Shown here: positions 1 to 7,899 of the stretch, piece after piece
Position numbering within the stretch: position 1 is the stretch's first letter
Layout: the number at the start of each line of letters is the position of its first letter
Assembly: GCA_037200965.1 (NCBI GenBank)
Contig: JBBCGK010000001.1
Location: 672,001 to 736,000 of the forward strand
Length of the DNA: 64,000 bases
Direction: 5' to 3'
Origin: a bacterium
Lineage (GTDB): Bacteria > Patescibacteriota > Minisyncoccia > Phycocordibacterales > Phycocordibacteraceae
Position numbers and translations under genes: made by a program
Notes under the pieces: generated by a model
Seen by the model: only the letters and a program-made list of their open reading frames with translations
The model's database searches: none
What the model was told of the DNA's origin: nothing

Positions 1-2
1 TT

Positions 3-89
3 GACGGCGTGGCTGACGCCCCGGCGCGCGACGCGCTCCGGAGGGCCGGCGCGAAGCTTCCCCTGAAGACCACCGTCGTGGCCCGATAA
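3..89 (+). CDS. rplP: 50S ribosomal protein L16, C-terminal fragment; the gene starts upstream of the window
   Basis: Frame 3 reads ...ALRRAGAKLPLKTTVVAR*, matching the conserved L16 C-terminus (KLPIKT motif). It lies directly upstream of rpmC, as in the S10 operon. Confidence 0.6.
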   Translation, partial: DGVADAPARDALRRAGAKLPLKTTVVAR

Positions 90-94
90 ATTTT

Positions 95-301
95 ATGGCA
101 AAGAAAACCAAACCGACATTCAAGGACACCCCGACGGCGGAGCTCACGAAGCTTCGCGGCGAGAAGCGCGAGGAACTGCGCGTGCTCCGCTTTGCCTCCG
201 CGGGATCGCGCCCGAAGGATACCAACGAGCCGAAGGCCGCGCGGAAGGTGATCGCGCGGATCGAGACCGAGCTCTCCAAGCGCCGCATCGCAGCAAAATA
301 A
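95..301 (+). CDS. rpmC: 50S ribosomal protein L29
   Basis: 68 aa, lysine/arginine-rich, ELxxLRxE-type L29 pattern; sits between rplP and rpsQ. Confidence 0.9.
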   Translation: MAKKTKPTFKDTPTAELTKLRGEKREELRVLRFASAGSRPKDTNEPKAARKVIARIETELSKRRIAAK

Positions 302-303
302 TT

Positions 304-579
304 ATGGATACTCCAAACAAAAAGCCCCAGACGTTTAGCGGTACGGTCGTGAAGACCGCCATGAAGGACACCGCGACGGTGGCGGTCAACCGCTACGTCA
401 AGCACCCGAAATACAAGAAGTTCCAGGTGAAGACGACCAAATTCCTCGTCGACGACAAGGGGAACACGGCGAAGGTCGGCGACAAGGTCACGATCGTCGC
501 GACGCGCCCGATCTCGAAGCTGAAGTCGTTCAGGATCGCAAGCATCGACCTCGCGGCCGCTTCGGGCGATACCGAATAA
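304..579 (+). CDS. rpsQ: 30S ribosomal protein S17
   Basis: 91 aa; GxVVSxKMxKTxxVxVxR-like S17 N-terminus; conserved operon position. Confidence 0.9.
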   Translation: MDTPNKKPQTFSGTVVKTAMKDTATVAVNRYVKHPKYKKFQVKTTKFLVDDKGNTAKVGDKVTIVATRPISKLKSFRIASIDLAAASGDTE

Positions 580-583
580 TCCT

Positions 584-961
584 ATGCTTCAGCCGCAGAC
601 CATCGTTACCGTCGCAGACAACTCCGGAGCCAAGGTGGCTCGCATCTTCAAGGTGCTCGGGGGCTCGAAGCGCCGCTATGCCTATATCGGCGACACGGTC
701 GTGGTCGCGATCCAGTCGGCGGAACCCCGCAAGGCGGTCAAGAAGAAGGACGTCTTCAAGGCGATCGTCGTGCGCACCAAGAAGCCGCTGCGCCGCCTCG
801 ACGGCTCGTACGTCTCCTTTGACGACAACGCGGTCGTGCTCATCGAGAAGCAGGGCAAGGAGATGGGTCCCAAGGGGAACCGCATCTTCGGCCCCGTGCC
901 GCGCGAGCTCATAGAAAAGGGCTGGGCGTCGATCGCGTCCGCCGCATCCGAAGTCGTCTAA
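584..961 (+). CDS. rplN: 50S ribosomal protein L14
   Basis: Starts MLQPQTIVTVADNSGAKVARI..., a classic L14 N-terminus; 125 aa. Confidence 0.95.
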   Translation: MLQPQTIVTVADNSGAKVARIFKVLGGSKRRYAYIGDTVVVAIQSAEPRKAVKKKDVFKAIVVRTKKPLRRLDGSYVSFDDNAVVLIEKQGKEMGPKGNRIFGPVPRELIEKGWASIASAASEVV

Positions 962-971
962 CTAGTTACAT

Positions 972-1190
972 ATGAAAATGAAGATAAAAAAGAACGACAA
1001 GGTGCAGGTGATCACGGGAAAGGACAAGGGCAAGACCGGCTCGGTCGTGCGCGTCATCCCCAGGGAAAACCGCGTCGTCGTCGAAGGCGTCGCGGTCGCC
1101 AAGCGCCACCGCAAGGGGCAGGGCGGCCAGTCCGGCCGCATCACCGAGGCTCCGCGCCCGATACACGCGTCGAACGTAAAGAAGGTCTAA
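972..1190 (+). CDS. rplX: 50S ribosomal protein L24; the true start may be the second ATG at 978
   Basis: [22 protein letters not shown] motif typical of L24. Confidence 0.9.
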   Translation: MKMKIKKNDKVQVITGKDKGKTGSVVRVIPRENRVVVEGVAVAKRHRKGQGGQSGRITEAPRPIHASNVKKV

Positions 1191-1200
1191 TCCCGCTCCT

Positions 1201-1761
1201 ATGATGCTTTCCAAACAAAAACAGCAGACCTCCTTCGAAGCTCTCTCGGCTGATTTCGGCTATACGAGCCGCATGCAGGCGCCGCGCATCGAGAAGGTCG
1301 TCGTCTCCTCGGGAGTCGGCAAGAAGCGCGACAAGAAGCAGCTCGAACTCATTTCCGAGCGCCTCGCCCGCATCACGGGCCAGAAGGCGGCACCGCGCGC
1401 GGCAAAGCAGTCGATCGCGCAGTTCAAGATGCGCGCGGGCGATACGGTCGGATACCAGACGACGCTCCGCGGGGCGCGCATGTTCGATTTCCTCGACAAG
1501 CTCATTCACATTGCCTTGCCGAGAACCAGGGACTTCCGCGGCCTTCCCGCGACCGCGATCGACGACATGGGCAACCTCACGATCGGCATCCGCGAGAACA
1601 CCATCTTCCCGGAGACTTCCGACGAGGACCTCAAGGACGTGTTCGGGCTTGCCGTGACCATCGTCACGACCGCGAAGTCGAAGAAGGAGGCCGATGCGTT
1701 CTTCCGCCACCTTGGCGTGCCGCTTCGCCCGGCTGAGGAGCAGAAGAAGGGGAAGAAATAA
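1201..1761 (+). CDS. rplE: 50S ribosomal protein L5
   Basis: 186 aa; conserved L5 blocks (FRGL, IGIRE, IFPE). Confidence 0.95.
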   Translation: MMLSKQKQQTSFEALSADFGYTSRMQAPRIEKVVVSSGVGKKRDKKQLELISERLARITGQKAAPRAAKQSIAQFKMRAGDTVGYQTTLRGARMFDFLDKLIHIALPRTRDFRGLPATAIDDMGNLTIGIRENTIFPETSDEDLKDVFGLAVTIVTTAKSKKEADAFFRHLGVPLRPAEEQKKGKK

Positions 1762-1785
1762 AAAAGTTTTAAAATGCAGGGAGCC

Positions 1786-1814
1786 TTGACGGGAGTCAGG
1801 GCTCTTTGTATCAT
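1786..1814 (+). promoter_or_regulatory. sigma70-like promoter: -35 TTGACG (1786-1791), 17-nt spacer, -10 TATCAT (1809-1814)
   Basis: Near-consensus hexamers with optimal spacing, immediately after the rplE stop and ~80 nt upstream of an ORF with a strong SD. Confidence 0.5.
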
Positions 1815-1895
1815 ATATTCGGATACTTCACATTCTCGGATAGTGACGTTAACGGTATCCACGTCGAGCGTCCGATGGCATCAAGGAGATGTGTC

Positions 1896-2309
1896 ATGCG
1901 GTTTGTCTGTGATCTTGAGGATTTGTTCTGGATGAGTAATAGATACGAGCATACTGCCAGCAATGAGATCAGGCAGGCGCTTCTTGCCGGAAAGGATACG
2001 GACGGAACTCCGCGCTGGACGATTCCGGGGGCTGGAATGTTCAATCTTGCCCAAGTCCTCTGGTCGGGCCAAAACTCGGTTGGCCATGAAGAGGACTGCG
2101 CACGAGACCGTATGTTCACCAGTCTCGAGCTCATGCGTCGACTGGGCCACGCCCGTGCACGCTCGCAGGCTGTGTTTTTTCTCGTCATTCTCCGGAGGAT
2201 GGAGCGCGAGAACAGCGACTCCATCGAAATCAATATCCCGTGGACCCGTGCGAAGACGAGGTGCATGTATGTCAAACGGAAACCAAATATCGAATTCGGT
2301 CTGGTATAA
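1896..2309 (+). CDS. hypothetical protein (~137 aa), no recognisable domain
   Basis: ATG at 1896 is preceded by AAGGAGA with 6-7 nt spacing. It lies downstream of the promoter at 1786 and is followed by a GC-rich hairpin at 2317-2344. Confidence 0.45.
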   Translation: MRFVCDLEDLFWMSNRYEHTASNEIRQALLAGKDTDGTPRWTIPGAGMFNLAQVLWSGQNSVGHEEDCARDRMFTSLELMRRLGHARARSQAVFFLVILRRMERENSDSIEINIPWTRAKTRCMYVKRKPNIEFGLV

Positions 2310-2316
2310 CCGGACA

Positions 2317-2344
2317 GGGCGCGGCGGAACTTTCCGCCGCGCCC
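2317..2344 (+). terminator. GC-rich hairpin (13-bp stem GGGCGCGGCGGAA/TTCCGCCGCGCCC); possible terminator without a clear U-tract
   Basis: Perfect inverted repeat directly after the stop at 2309. Confidence 0.35.
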
Positions 2345-2483
2345 ATCGTGTGTATGGGTCACCATTCTATATCAGGTACATACGAGTGAATTTGACGTAC
2401 TAAGTTATACATACCTTTTTTACGAATTAGTCCTGCAAGTGCTAATTTCTGGCAGCAGAATTGTTCCAATATCCTAAAGGAAA

Positions 2484-2511
2484 CCCCGCAAAGCTTGGTT
2501 GCTTTGCGGGG
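2484..2511 (-). terminator. putative intrinsic terminator of the minus-strand two-gene operon (11-bp stem CCCCGCAAAGC/GCTTTGCGGGG, loop TTGGTT)
   Basis: Hairpin ~45 nt downstream (minus-strand sense) of the stop at 2557, followed on the minus strand by UUUCCUUU. Confidence 0.5.
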
Positions 2512-2556
2512 CTCGACCGGAGGTCGATTTTTCAAACAAGGCTTAGTATGTCCGGT

Positions 2557-3348
2557 TCAGGTTTTGGGGTCGATGCTCATCGCGCGCGGTATCGATTTCC
2601 GTTGCCAGTTGTCGATTTTTCGCCTATCAGAACTCCTGCCGATTATGTATAAGACGAGTGAGATGATGCATACGGCCACGCCCGGGCCGAAGGAACCGAT
2701 GTCCAAAGCCTCCCCGGCCCACACACACAGGGCAAGGTATATGAAGCCCGTAGCACCGAGCACGTAGCTGACAGCCGTTAAACCGTTGCTCTCGCTCTCT
2801 TTGCGCCGATACGAGGTTAACAGGGATTCGGCGATCGGGAGTTCGCTTCCCGGTCCTTCATCCCACGCGGCAAGAGGATATACCCGGCCATCGTGAGCTC
2901 GGCCCACGAGCAGGCTCGGCCCGCTCGTGCCGAATGCGCCGGACTCATACTTGGGATACTCGGGAAGAGACTGACTGATCCAGACCTCGATGTCGGCGAA
3001 GCAGTCCAGCCAATTTACCCATTCCAGACCTTCGAGTACTTTGCGGGGGAATTTTTGCCCGTACCATGCTCGATAGGTCGTGCTGTAGGCATAACCATGG
3101 TACGTGTTCACAGTGCGCACTTTGCGGACACACTGCCACCCTTTCTGAGCCGAGAATTTCCCGGGAAGAGAGCATCTCCACTGGCTCAGGGAATTGGGGT
3201 CGAAGGGTTCGAGAAGCGGAACATGCCTACGAATTTCTTCGATCCGGTTAAGCCGAGGCAGCGCCATGAGTGCGTTCCTCGCATCCGCGTTCAGCGTCCG
3301 TCCGTAGGCGGCGACTGCTTCGATTCTTCGGGATTGGTATTCAGCCAT
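2557..3348 (-). CDS. hypothetical protein (~263 aa) with a C-terminal pair of transmembrane helices; no recognisable domain
   Basis: Internal ATG (MAEYQ...) is preceded by AAGGAGGA and overlaps the upstream stop as TGATG, indicating translational coupling. A hydrophobic hairpin (LTAVSYVLGATGFIYLALCVWAG...GVAVCIISLVLYIIG) lies near the C-terminus. Confidence 0.6.
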   Translation of the reverse strand: MAEYQSRRIEAVAAYGRTLNADARNALMALPRLNRIEEIRRHVPLLEPFDPNSLSQWRCSLPGKFSAQKGWQCVRKVRTVNTYHGYAYSTTYRAWYGQKFPRKVLEGLEWVNWLDCFADIEVWISQSLPEYPKYESGAFGTSGPSLLVGRAHDGRVYPLAAWDEGPGSELPIAESLLTSYRRKESESNGLTAVSYVLGATGFIYLALCVWAGEALDIGSFGPGVAVCIISLVLYIIGRSSDRRKIDNWQRKSIPRAMSIDPKT

Positions 3349-3956
3349 CACACGTCCTCCTTGCTCGGAGCCGCGACGAACGCGACCCAGTTGTGCCACG
3401 AGATTTCGGTCGGGACGGAGCCCTGCGAATTCTTGAGGCTGCAGAGGGAGGAATAGAAGTAGTTGATGAGGCCGGCCGGATTGCCGTTGAGCGGTTCCGT
3501 GACGAACGCCACGAAGCTGCCGTCGGGTATGCGCGGGTCGTGCCCGAGATCGTCCGCGAGCCGCGGGCGCTCTGCGAACAATGCGTCTCGATACTCGACC
3601 GGTGCGGGAACGAGGCTGGCCTTCTGGCCGTATTCCTCGATCTGCCCGGGCCTGAGCCGACCGTTTTTGCCCGAATCGCCGAAGCGGACGAGCATGAGGG
3701 TTTTGTCCTCACCGCCGATCGCGATCCTCACCGCGCAGGCCTTGCCGCCTTTCGGCGGGTCGATCCGCGCCGTGGTCGCGATCTCGCTATAGAGCCCGGA
3801 GAGCTCTGCGAGAACACGCTCAAGCCTGCTGCTATGCGCGGGCTTGACCACCGCGGCGAGCAGCTCATTCAGGTCTGCGCCGGTTTGCCCGCGAACGAGC
3901 TCGCCGATCTGACCGAGCGCCCCGAAGAGCACCGTGGCCGTGACAGGTTTTGGCAT
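3348..3956 (-). CDS. hypothetical protein (202 aa), no recognisable domain; first gene of the coupled pair
   Basis: Start ATG is preceded by GAAAGGAAG. Its stop overlaps the start of the downstream gene by 1 nt (ATGA-type overlap). Confidence 0.6.
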   Translation of the reverse strand: MPKPVTATVLFGALGQIGELVRGQTGADLNELLAAVVKPAHSSRLERVLAELSGLYSEIATTARIDPPKGGKACAVRIAIGGEDKTLMLVRFGDSGKNGRLRPGQIEEYGQKASLVPAPVEYRDALFAERPRLADDLGHDPRIPDGSFVAFVTEPLNGNPAGLINYFYSSLCSLKNSQGSVPTEISWHNWVAFVAAPSKEDV

Positions 3957-4191
3957 GACACTTCCTTTCTATGAACCCCTCACTCCTTAGCGAAGCCCCA
4001 GGTTCAACAGCCTTACCTCCACCCGATTGTGGCGGTTTCAGCGCGCAACAGCCCACTTTAGTGAGCCCCTGAGCGCTGAAACCGCCCCTAGCCTTGTTTT
4101 CAAGGGACGTATCTATCTAAGAGTGTATACTATATATCATATCTTGTCAAGTTTTCCGTAATGGTTCAATACCTTGGATGATTCCAGGGTA

Positions 4192-4220
4192 TTGACAGAT
4201 AATACTGTATGTGCTAACGT
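4192..4220 (+). promoter_or_regulatory. sigma70-like promoter: TTGACA, 17-nt spacer, TAACGT; sits in an AT-rich divergent intergenic region
   Basis: Consensus -35 with 17-nt spacing, ~50 nt upstream of the 4273 ORF. The same AT-rich region lies upstream of the minus-strand operon starting at 3956. Confidence 0.4.
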
Positions 4221-4272
4221 TACTTAAGCGTTCGGGCCGCTCTTTTCAGCTCGGAACCAATGGAGGAACATC

Positions 4273-4668
4273 ATGAACAAGATTTATCTGGCTATCATGG
4301 CCGTCATTTCCCTCTCCGGCATCGCCCTGGCCTTCAGCCCCGAGGCGGTGTTCGAGAGCGCTTCCCGGGTTGACCCGGGCGGCACCCTGTCGTTCGCGAA
4401 CTTCTCCTTCTGGACGTGCGTCTGCATCGGGGGCGTCGTTTTCTTCTTCTCCCGTCGCGGATCACAAGGAAAAGAAATCGCGAGGATCGGCTTGCTTCTC
4501 GGAGCCGCGGCCGCGTGCCTTGCGCTCATGTCGCTCACTCACTACTTCGCGTACTGGCATCAGGGCCTCGCGACGATGCTGGGCATCATCTTCTTCGTCT
4601 CCCCGCTGCTCGGCATCGCGATCGCGCTGTCCGACCGACAGCAGACATCGGTTCCGAACGGAGGCTGA
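4273..4668 (+). CDS. small integral membrane protein (131 aa, ~4 TM)
   Basis: GGAGGAACATC-ATG ribosome-binding site; hydrophobic segments throughout. Confidence 0.55.
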   Translation: MNKIYLAIMAVISLSGIALAFSPEAVFESASRVDPGGTLSFANFSFWTCVCIGGVVFFFSRRGSQGKEIARIGLLLGAAAACLALMSLTHYFAYWHQGLATMLGIIFFVSPLLGIAIALSDRQQTSVPNGG

Positions 4669-4779
4669 AGCCTCCGGTCAAGGACTCGGTTCGCACGCAG
4701 GTACGGCCCCACGCAATTCGGCGTGGGGTCTTTTGGATATATTCGACGCCGCCGGATATATATATAGTGTCCTTCCCGT

Positions 4780-5463
4780 TCGAGATATCGGCTGGTACGA
4801 TCAAGGATCCGGCACGTCCTCGGCTTGTGCAATGTCATCAAGCCGTAGTTGCGCTTGAACCAGTCCTCAATCGCAACACCTTCCAAACCCTCGGCGCGGT
4901 GTCTTCCGGCGAAGACACTTGCGAGGCTGGTGATTGAGAAGGCAGGTCACGCGGTCAGCCTGTCGCTGGGACAGCGCTCCGAGTTCCATGTCCTCGGGAA
5001 AGAACCGGCGCAGCTGTTCTCGCATGCACCCCGCTCCCAGGGATGATGGGGACGGGCGAAGTATACCCGGGCATTGGTATCGCGCTCAATGAACTGCCAG
5101 AGCGTGAACCCGGTACCACGATCGTACGTGATGGTATGTGCAGGAAGATCAGGAAGCGCTCCTCGCGCTTCCTGGTGCACCGTGTTCGTTTCGTCGTCAG
5201 ACACGAGCCGCGCCCGCAAGGAACCCGCCTCTTTCGGTCAACACGGGCCAGAAACCTTGCACGGTCGCGTCCGACCGCGGTATGGTCTCGTCGGATATGA
5301 TGCGTCCCTCTTCGGTGATCTGTTCGGGCGGTCAGCGCGCAGAAGCGCGGACAGAAACACCCGCTCGTCGCGTGTCAAGTGATGATGCGTTGAAGGCCCG
5401 AATGATGGATACCATTCGGGCTTGAAGACAGAAGCATTGCGTTTCAAGCTCGGATTTAAGCTA
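4780..5463 (-). pseudogene. decayed IS30-family insertion sequence; the transposase is frameshifted and carries an internal deletion of roughly 300 bp
   Basis: Fragments HHHLTRDERVFLSALLR, ITYDRGTGFTLWQFIERDTNARVYFARPHHPWERG and HKPRTCRILDRTS match the N-terminal, DDE and C-terminal regions of the intact IS30 transposase at 57934-58866, in different frames. The left IR-like sequence GCTTAAATCCGAGCTTGAAACGCAA at 5437-5463 matches the IR of the intact copy. Confidence 0.6.
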
Positions 5464-5616
5464 TGATTTAGCGTTGACGCGGGTTGAACCCCGGGCAAAG
5501 CAGGCGCGGACCTCGTTCTCATCCATTTTCGCGAAGTTCGTGATTTCGGTAAAGTTGTTTAGGCCGTCTGACGAAAGATTATCCCGCTTGGCCGCTCGAC
5601 CAAGCAGGGCTCCTGT

Positions 5617-5645
5617 TTGACGCCCCGTAACCTATTTGATACAGT
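5617..5645 (+). promoter_or_regulatory. sigma70-like promoter: TTGACG, 17-nt spacer, TACAGT; immediately upstream of rpsN
   Basis: Same -35 hexamer and spacing as the promoter at 1786. It is positioned to transcribe rpsN-rpsH-rplF..., which is now separated from rplE by the insertion. Confidence 0.45.
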
Positions 5646-5674
5646 GTCCTGAAGCTCCGCGGAGCTATTTTTGT

Positions 5675-5944
5675 ATGGCTAAAACCTCCCAGCTTGCCCG
5701 GTACGCCAAGAAGGCGAAACTGGTCAAAAAGTACGCCGCCAAGCGCGCGGCTCTTAAGGCTGCCGGTGACTCTGAGGGCCTCCAGAAGCTCCCGCGGAAC
5801 TCCTCCCCGGTTCGTTTGAAGAGCCGCTGCGCCGTTTCCGGCCGCTCCCGCGGGTATCTCCGGGCGTTCGGCCTCTCCCGCATCCAGTTCCGCGAGATGG
5901 CGAGGGAAGGGAAGATTCCGGGCGTAAAGAAGGCGTCGTGGTAA
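5675..5944 (+). CDS. rpsN: 30S ribosomal protein S14 (long, non-zinc form)
   Basis: [20 protein letters not shown]...[51 protein letters not shown] is a canonical S14; the upstream in-frame extension of the ORF is rejected. Confidence 0.9.
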   Translation: MAKTSQLARYAKKAKLVKKYAAKRAALKAAGDSEGLQKLPRNSSPVRLKSRCAVSGRSRGYLRAFGLSRIQFREMAREGKIPGVKKASW

Positions 5945-5948
5945 GCGT

Positions 5949-6353
5949 ATGATCACGGACCGCGTCGGAGATTTCATCGTGCGACTCAACAATGCCGGAG
6001 CGGTCCGGAAGCCGTCCGTCTCGCTTCCGTATTCGGCGCATCTCGAAGCGATCGCGAAGAAGCTCAAGGCGCTCGGGTACGTCGAAAGCGTGGACGTTAT
6101 CGCAAACGAGAAGACCCCGGCGAAGCGCACGCTCGACGTCGTACTCGCTTATGACGCGCAGGGCGTCTCGAAGATCCACGGCGTGAAGCGCGTATCGAAG
6201 CCCGGCCGCCGCCTCTATGCCGCAGGGAAGGACGCGCACAGCGTCAAAAACGGAGTCGGCGTCCGCGTGCTCTCGACCCCGAAGGGAATCCTTTCGGACC
6301 GCGAGGCGAGGAAGCAGCAGGCCGGAGGAGAAACCCTTTTCGATATCTGGTAA
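5949..6353 (+). CDS. rpsH: 30S ribosomal protein S8
   Basis: MITDRVGDFIVRLNNA... conserved S8 N-terminus; ends ...LFDIW. Confidence 0.95.
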   Translation: MITDRVGDFIVRLNNAGAVRKPSVSLPYSAHLEAIAKKLKALGYVESVDVIANEKTPAKRTLDVVLAYDAQGVSKIHGVKRVSKPGRRLYAAGKDAHSVKNGVGVRVLSTPKGILSDREARKQQAGGETLFDIW

Positions 6354-6368
6354 TTCTTTTATTTTCGT

Positions 6369-6902
6369 ATGTCACGCCTCGCAAAAAAGCCCGTCGTTCT
6401 CGCTTCCTCCACCCAGGTTTCGGTGGCTGACGGCGTGCTGTCGGTCAAAGGCCCCAAGGGAACGCTCACGCGCCCGGTCCATTCCTTCGTTTCGATCGAA
6501 GTGACTCCCGAAGGCGTGCAGGTTTCGCCAAGAAACAACAGCAAGCTCTCCAAGGCGCTCACGGGCACCTTCGTCGCGCATGTGCGCAACATGGCTGCGG
6601 GCGTCGTGACGCCGTTCAGGAAGAGCCTTATCCTTGAAGGCGTGGGCTATAAGGTCGAGCTTGCGGGGAAGGAGCTCGTGCTCTCGGTCGGCTTCTCGCA
6701 TAAGGTGAAGCTTCCGGTTCCCGAAGGCATCACGGCGACCATCGAGAAGAACACGATTCATTTCGACAGTCCCGACAAGGACGCGCTCGGCCAGTTCGCG
6801 GCAGTCGTCCGTGCCGTGAAGCCGCCGGAACCGTATCTTGGCAAGGGCTTCCGCTATTCGGACGAGAAGATCCTCCGGAAGCAGGGGAAGAAGGCAGTCT
6901 AA
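6369..6902 (+). CDS. rplF: 50S ribosomal protein L6
   Basis: MSRLAKKPVVL...; 177 aa with the L6 two-domain pattern. Confidence 0.95.
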   Translation: MSRLAKKPVVLASSTQVSVADGVLSVKGPKGTLTRPVHSFVSIEVTPEGVQVSPRNNSKLSKALTGTFVAHVRNMAAGVVTPFRKSLILEGVGYKVELAGKELVLSVGFSHKVKLPVPEGITATIEKNTIHFDSPDKDALGQFAAVVRAVKPPEPYLGKGFRYSDEKILRKQGKKAV

Positions 6903-6911
6903 TATTTTCGT

Positions 6912-7262
6912 ATGACCAAGATAGCGACAACCAAGAGGACCCAGCGCATGAGCCGCCACAAGCGGGTACGCTCGCGCGTCAAAGGCACCAAGGAGCGCCC
7001 GCGCCTCGCGGTCTTCCGCTCGAACAAGTTCGTCTCCGTGCAGCTCATCGACGACGCGGCGGGAAAGACGATCGCGCAGGCGCACGGCAGGGAATTCCCG
7101 GGCGCGCAGTCGCTCCAGGCCGCGGCTATCGGCAAGGCGATCGCGGAGCGGGCGAAGAAACTCGGCGTTTCGGCCATCGTCTTCGACCGCGGAGGATACG
7201 CGTATGCCGCGCAGGTGAAGAGCCTCGCGGACGCCGCGCGTGCAGGCGGCCTCTCCTTCTGA
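6912..7262 (+). CDS. rplR: 50S ribosomal protein L18
   Basis: 116 aa; [18 protein letters not shown] motif typical of L18. Confidence 0.9.
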   Translation: MTKIATTKRTQRMSRHKRVRSRVKGTKERPRLAVFRSNKFVSVQLIDDAAGKTIAQAHGREFPGAQSLQAAAIGKAIAERAKKLGVSAIVFDRGGYAYAAQVKSLADAARAGGLSF

Positions 7263-7268
7263 TACGGT

Positions 7269-7892
7269 ATGGCTGACGACACCATCATGACTCCCGAGAC
7301 CGAAGTACAGGACGCGCCGGTTGAAGCGGCGCCCGAAGCCGCCGTTGAGGCGGAAGCTGCGGCTACGCCCGAGAAGACCGCGGTTCGCGGCCGCGCTCCG
7401 CGCGGGCGCGGAGGCCCCGGGGGCCAGCGCCGCTCGAACCGCCTTCCCCGCGAGCGCGGGGAGTTCGACTCGGTCAATATCGACGTGCGCCGCGTGGCGC
7501 GCGTCATGGCCGGAGGCCGCCGCTTCAACTTCAGCGTCGCGGTCGTAATCGGTGATAAGAAGGGGAGGGTCGGCGTCGGACTCGGGAAGGCCGCGGACAC
7601 CGCGCTCGCGATTGACAAGGCGACGCGCGACGCGAAGAAGCATATGTTCACCGTGCCGCGCACCGACTCGGGCTCCATCCGCCACGAGGTCCAGGCGAAG
7701 TACGCGTCCTCGACGGTGGCGGTCATCCCGTCGAAGGGCCGCGGTCTCGTCGCCGGAAGCGCGATGCGCACCGTGCTCGAGCTCGCGGGCGTCTCCGATG
7801 TCGTCACCAAGATCCTCTCGCGCACCAAGAACAAGCTCACTATCGCCCGCGCGACGGTAGCGGCTTTGAAGAAGCTCCGCACCCGCTCATAA
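7269..7892 (+). CDS. rpsE: 30S ribosomal protein S5 with an Ala/Glu-rich N-terminal extension
   Basis: GRVGVGLGKAADTALAIDKATRDAKKHMFTVP S5 core; it is followed directly by rplO with no rpmD in between. Confidence 0.9.
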   Translation: MADDTIMTPETEVQDAPVEAAPEAAVEAEAAATPEKTAVRGRAPRGRGGPGGQRRSNRLPRERGEFDSVNIDVRRVARVMAGGRRFNFSVAVVIGDKKGRVGVGLGKAADTALAIDKATRDAKKHMFTVPRTDSGSIRHEVQAKYASSTVAVIPSKGRGLVAGSAMRTVLELAGVSDVVTKILSRTKNKLTIARATVAALKKLRTRS

Positions 7893-7899
7893 CATTTCC

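Noticed and set aside
5636-5674. Upstream in-frame extension of rpsN ([13 protein letters not shown])
   Set aside because: S14 universally begins MAK...; the extension overlaps the predicted promoter and -10 element.
6372-7882. Long antisense ORFs (437 aa and 327 aa, minus strand) overlapping rplF/rplR/rpsE
   Set aside because: They lie opposite strongly supported ribosomal protein genes. High GC suppresses stop codons in non-coding frames, and the products are low-complexity Arg/Ala-rich sequences.
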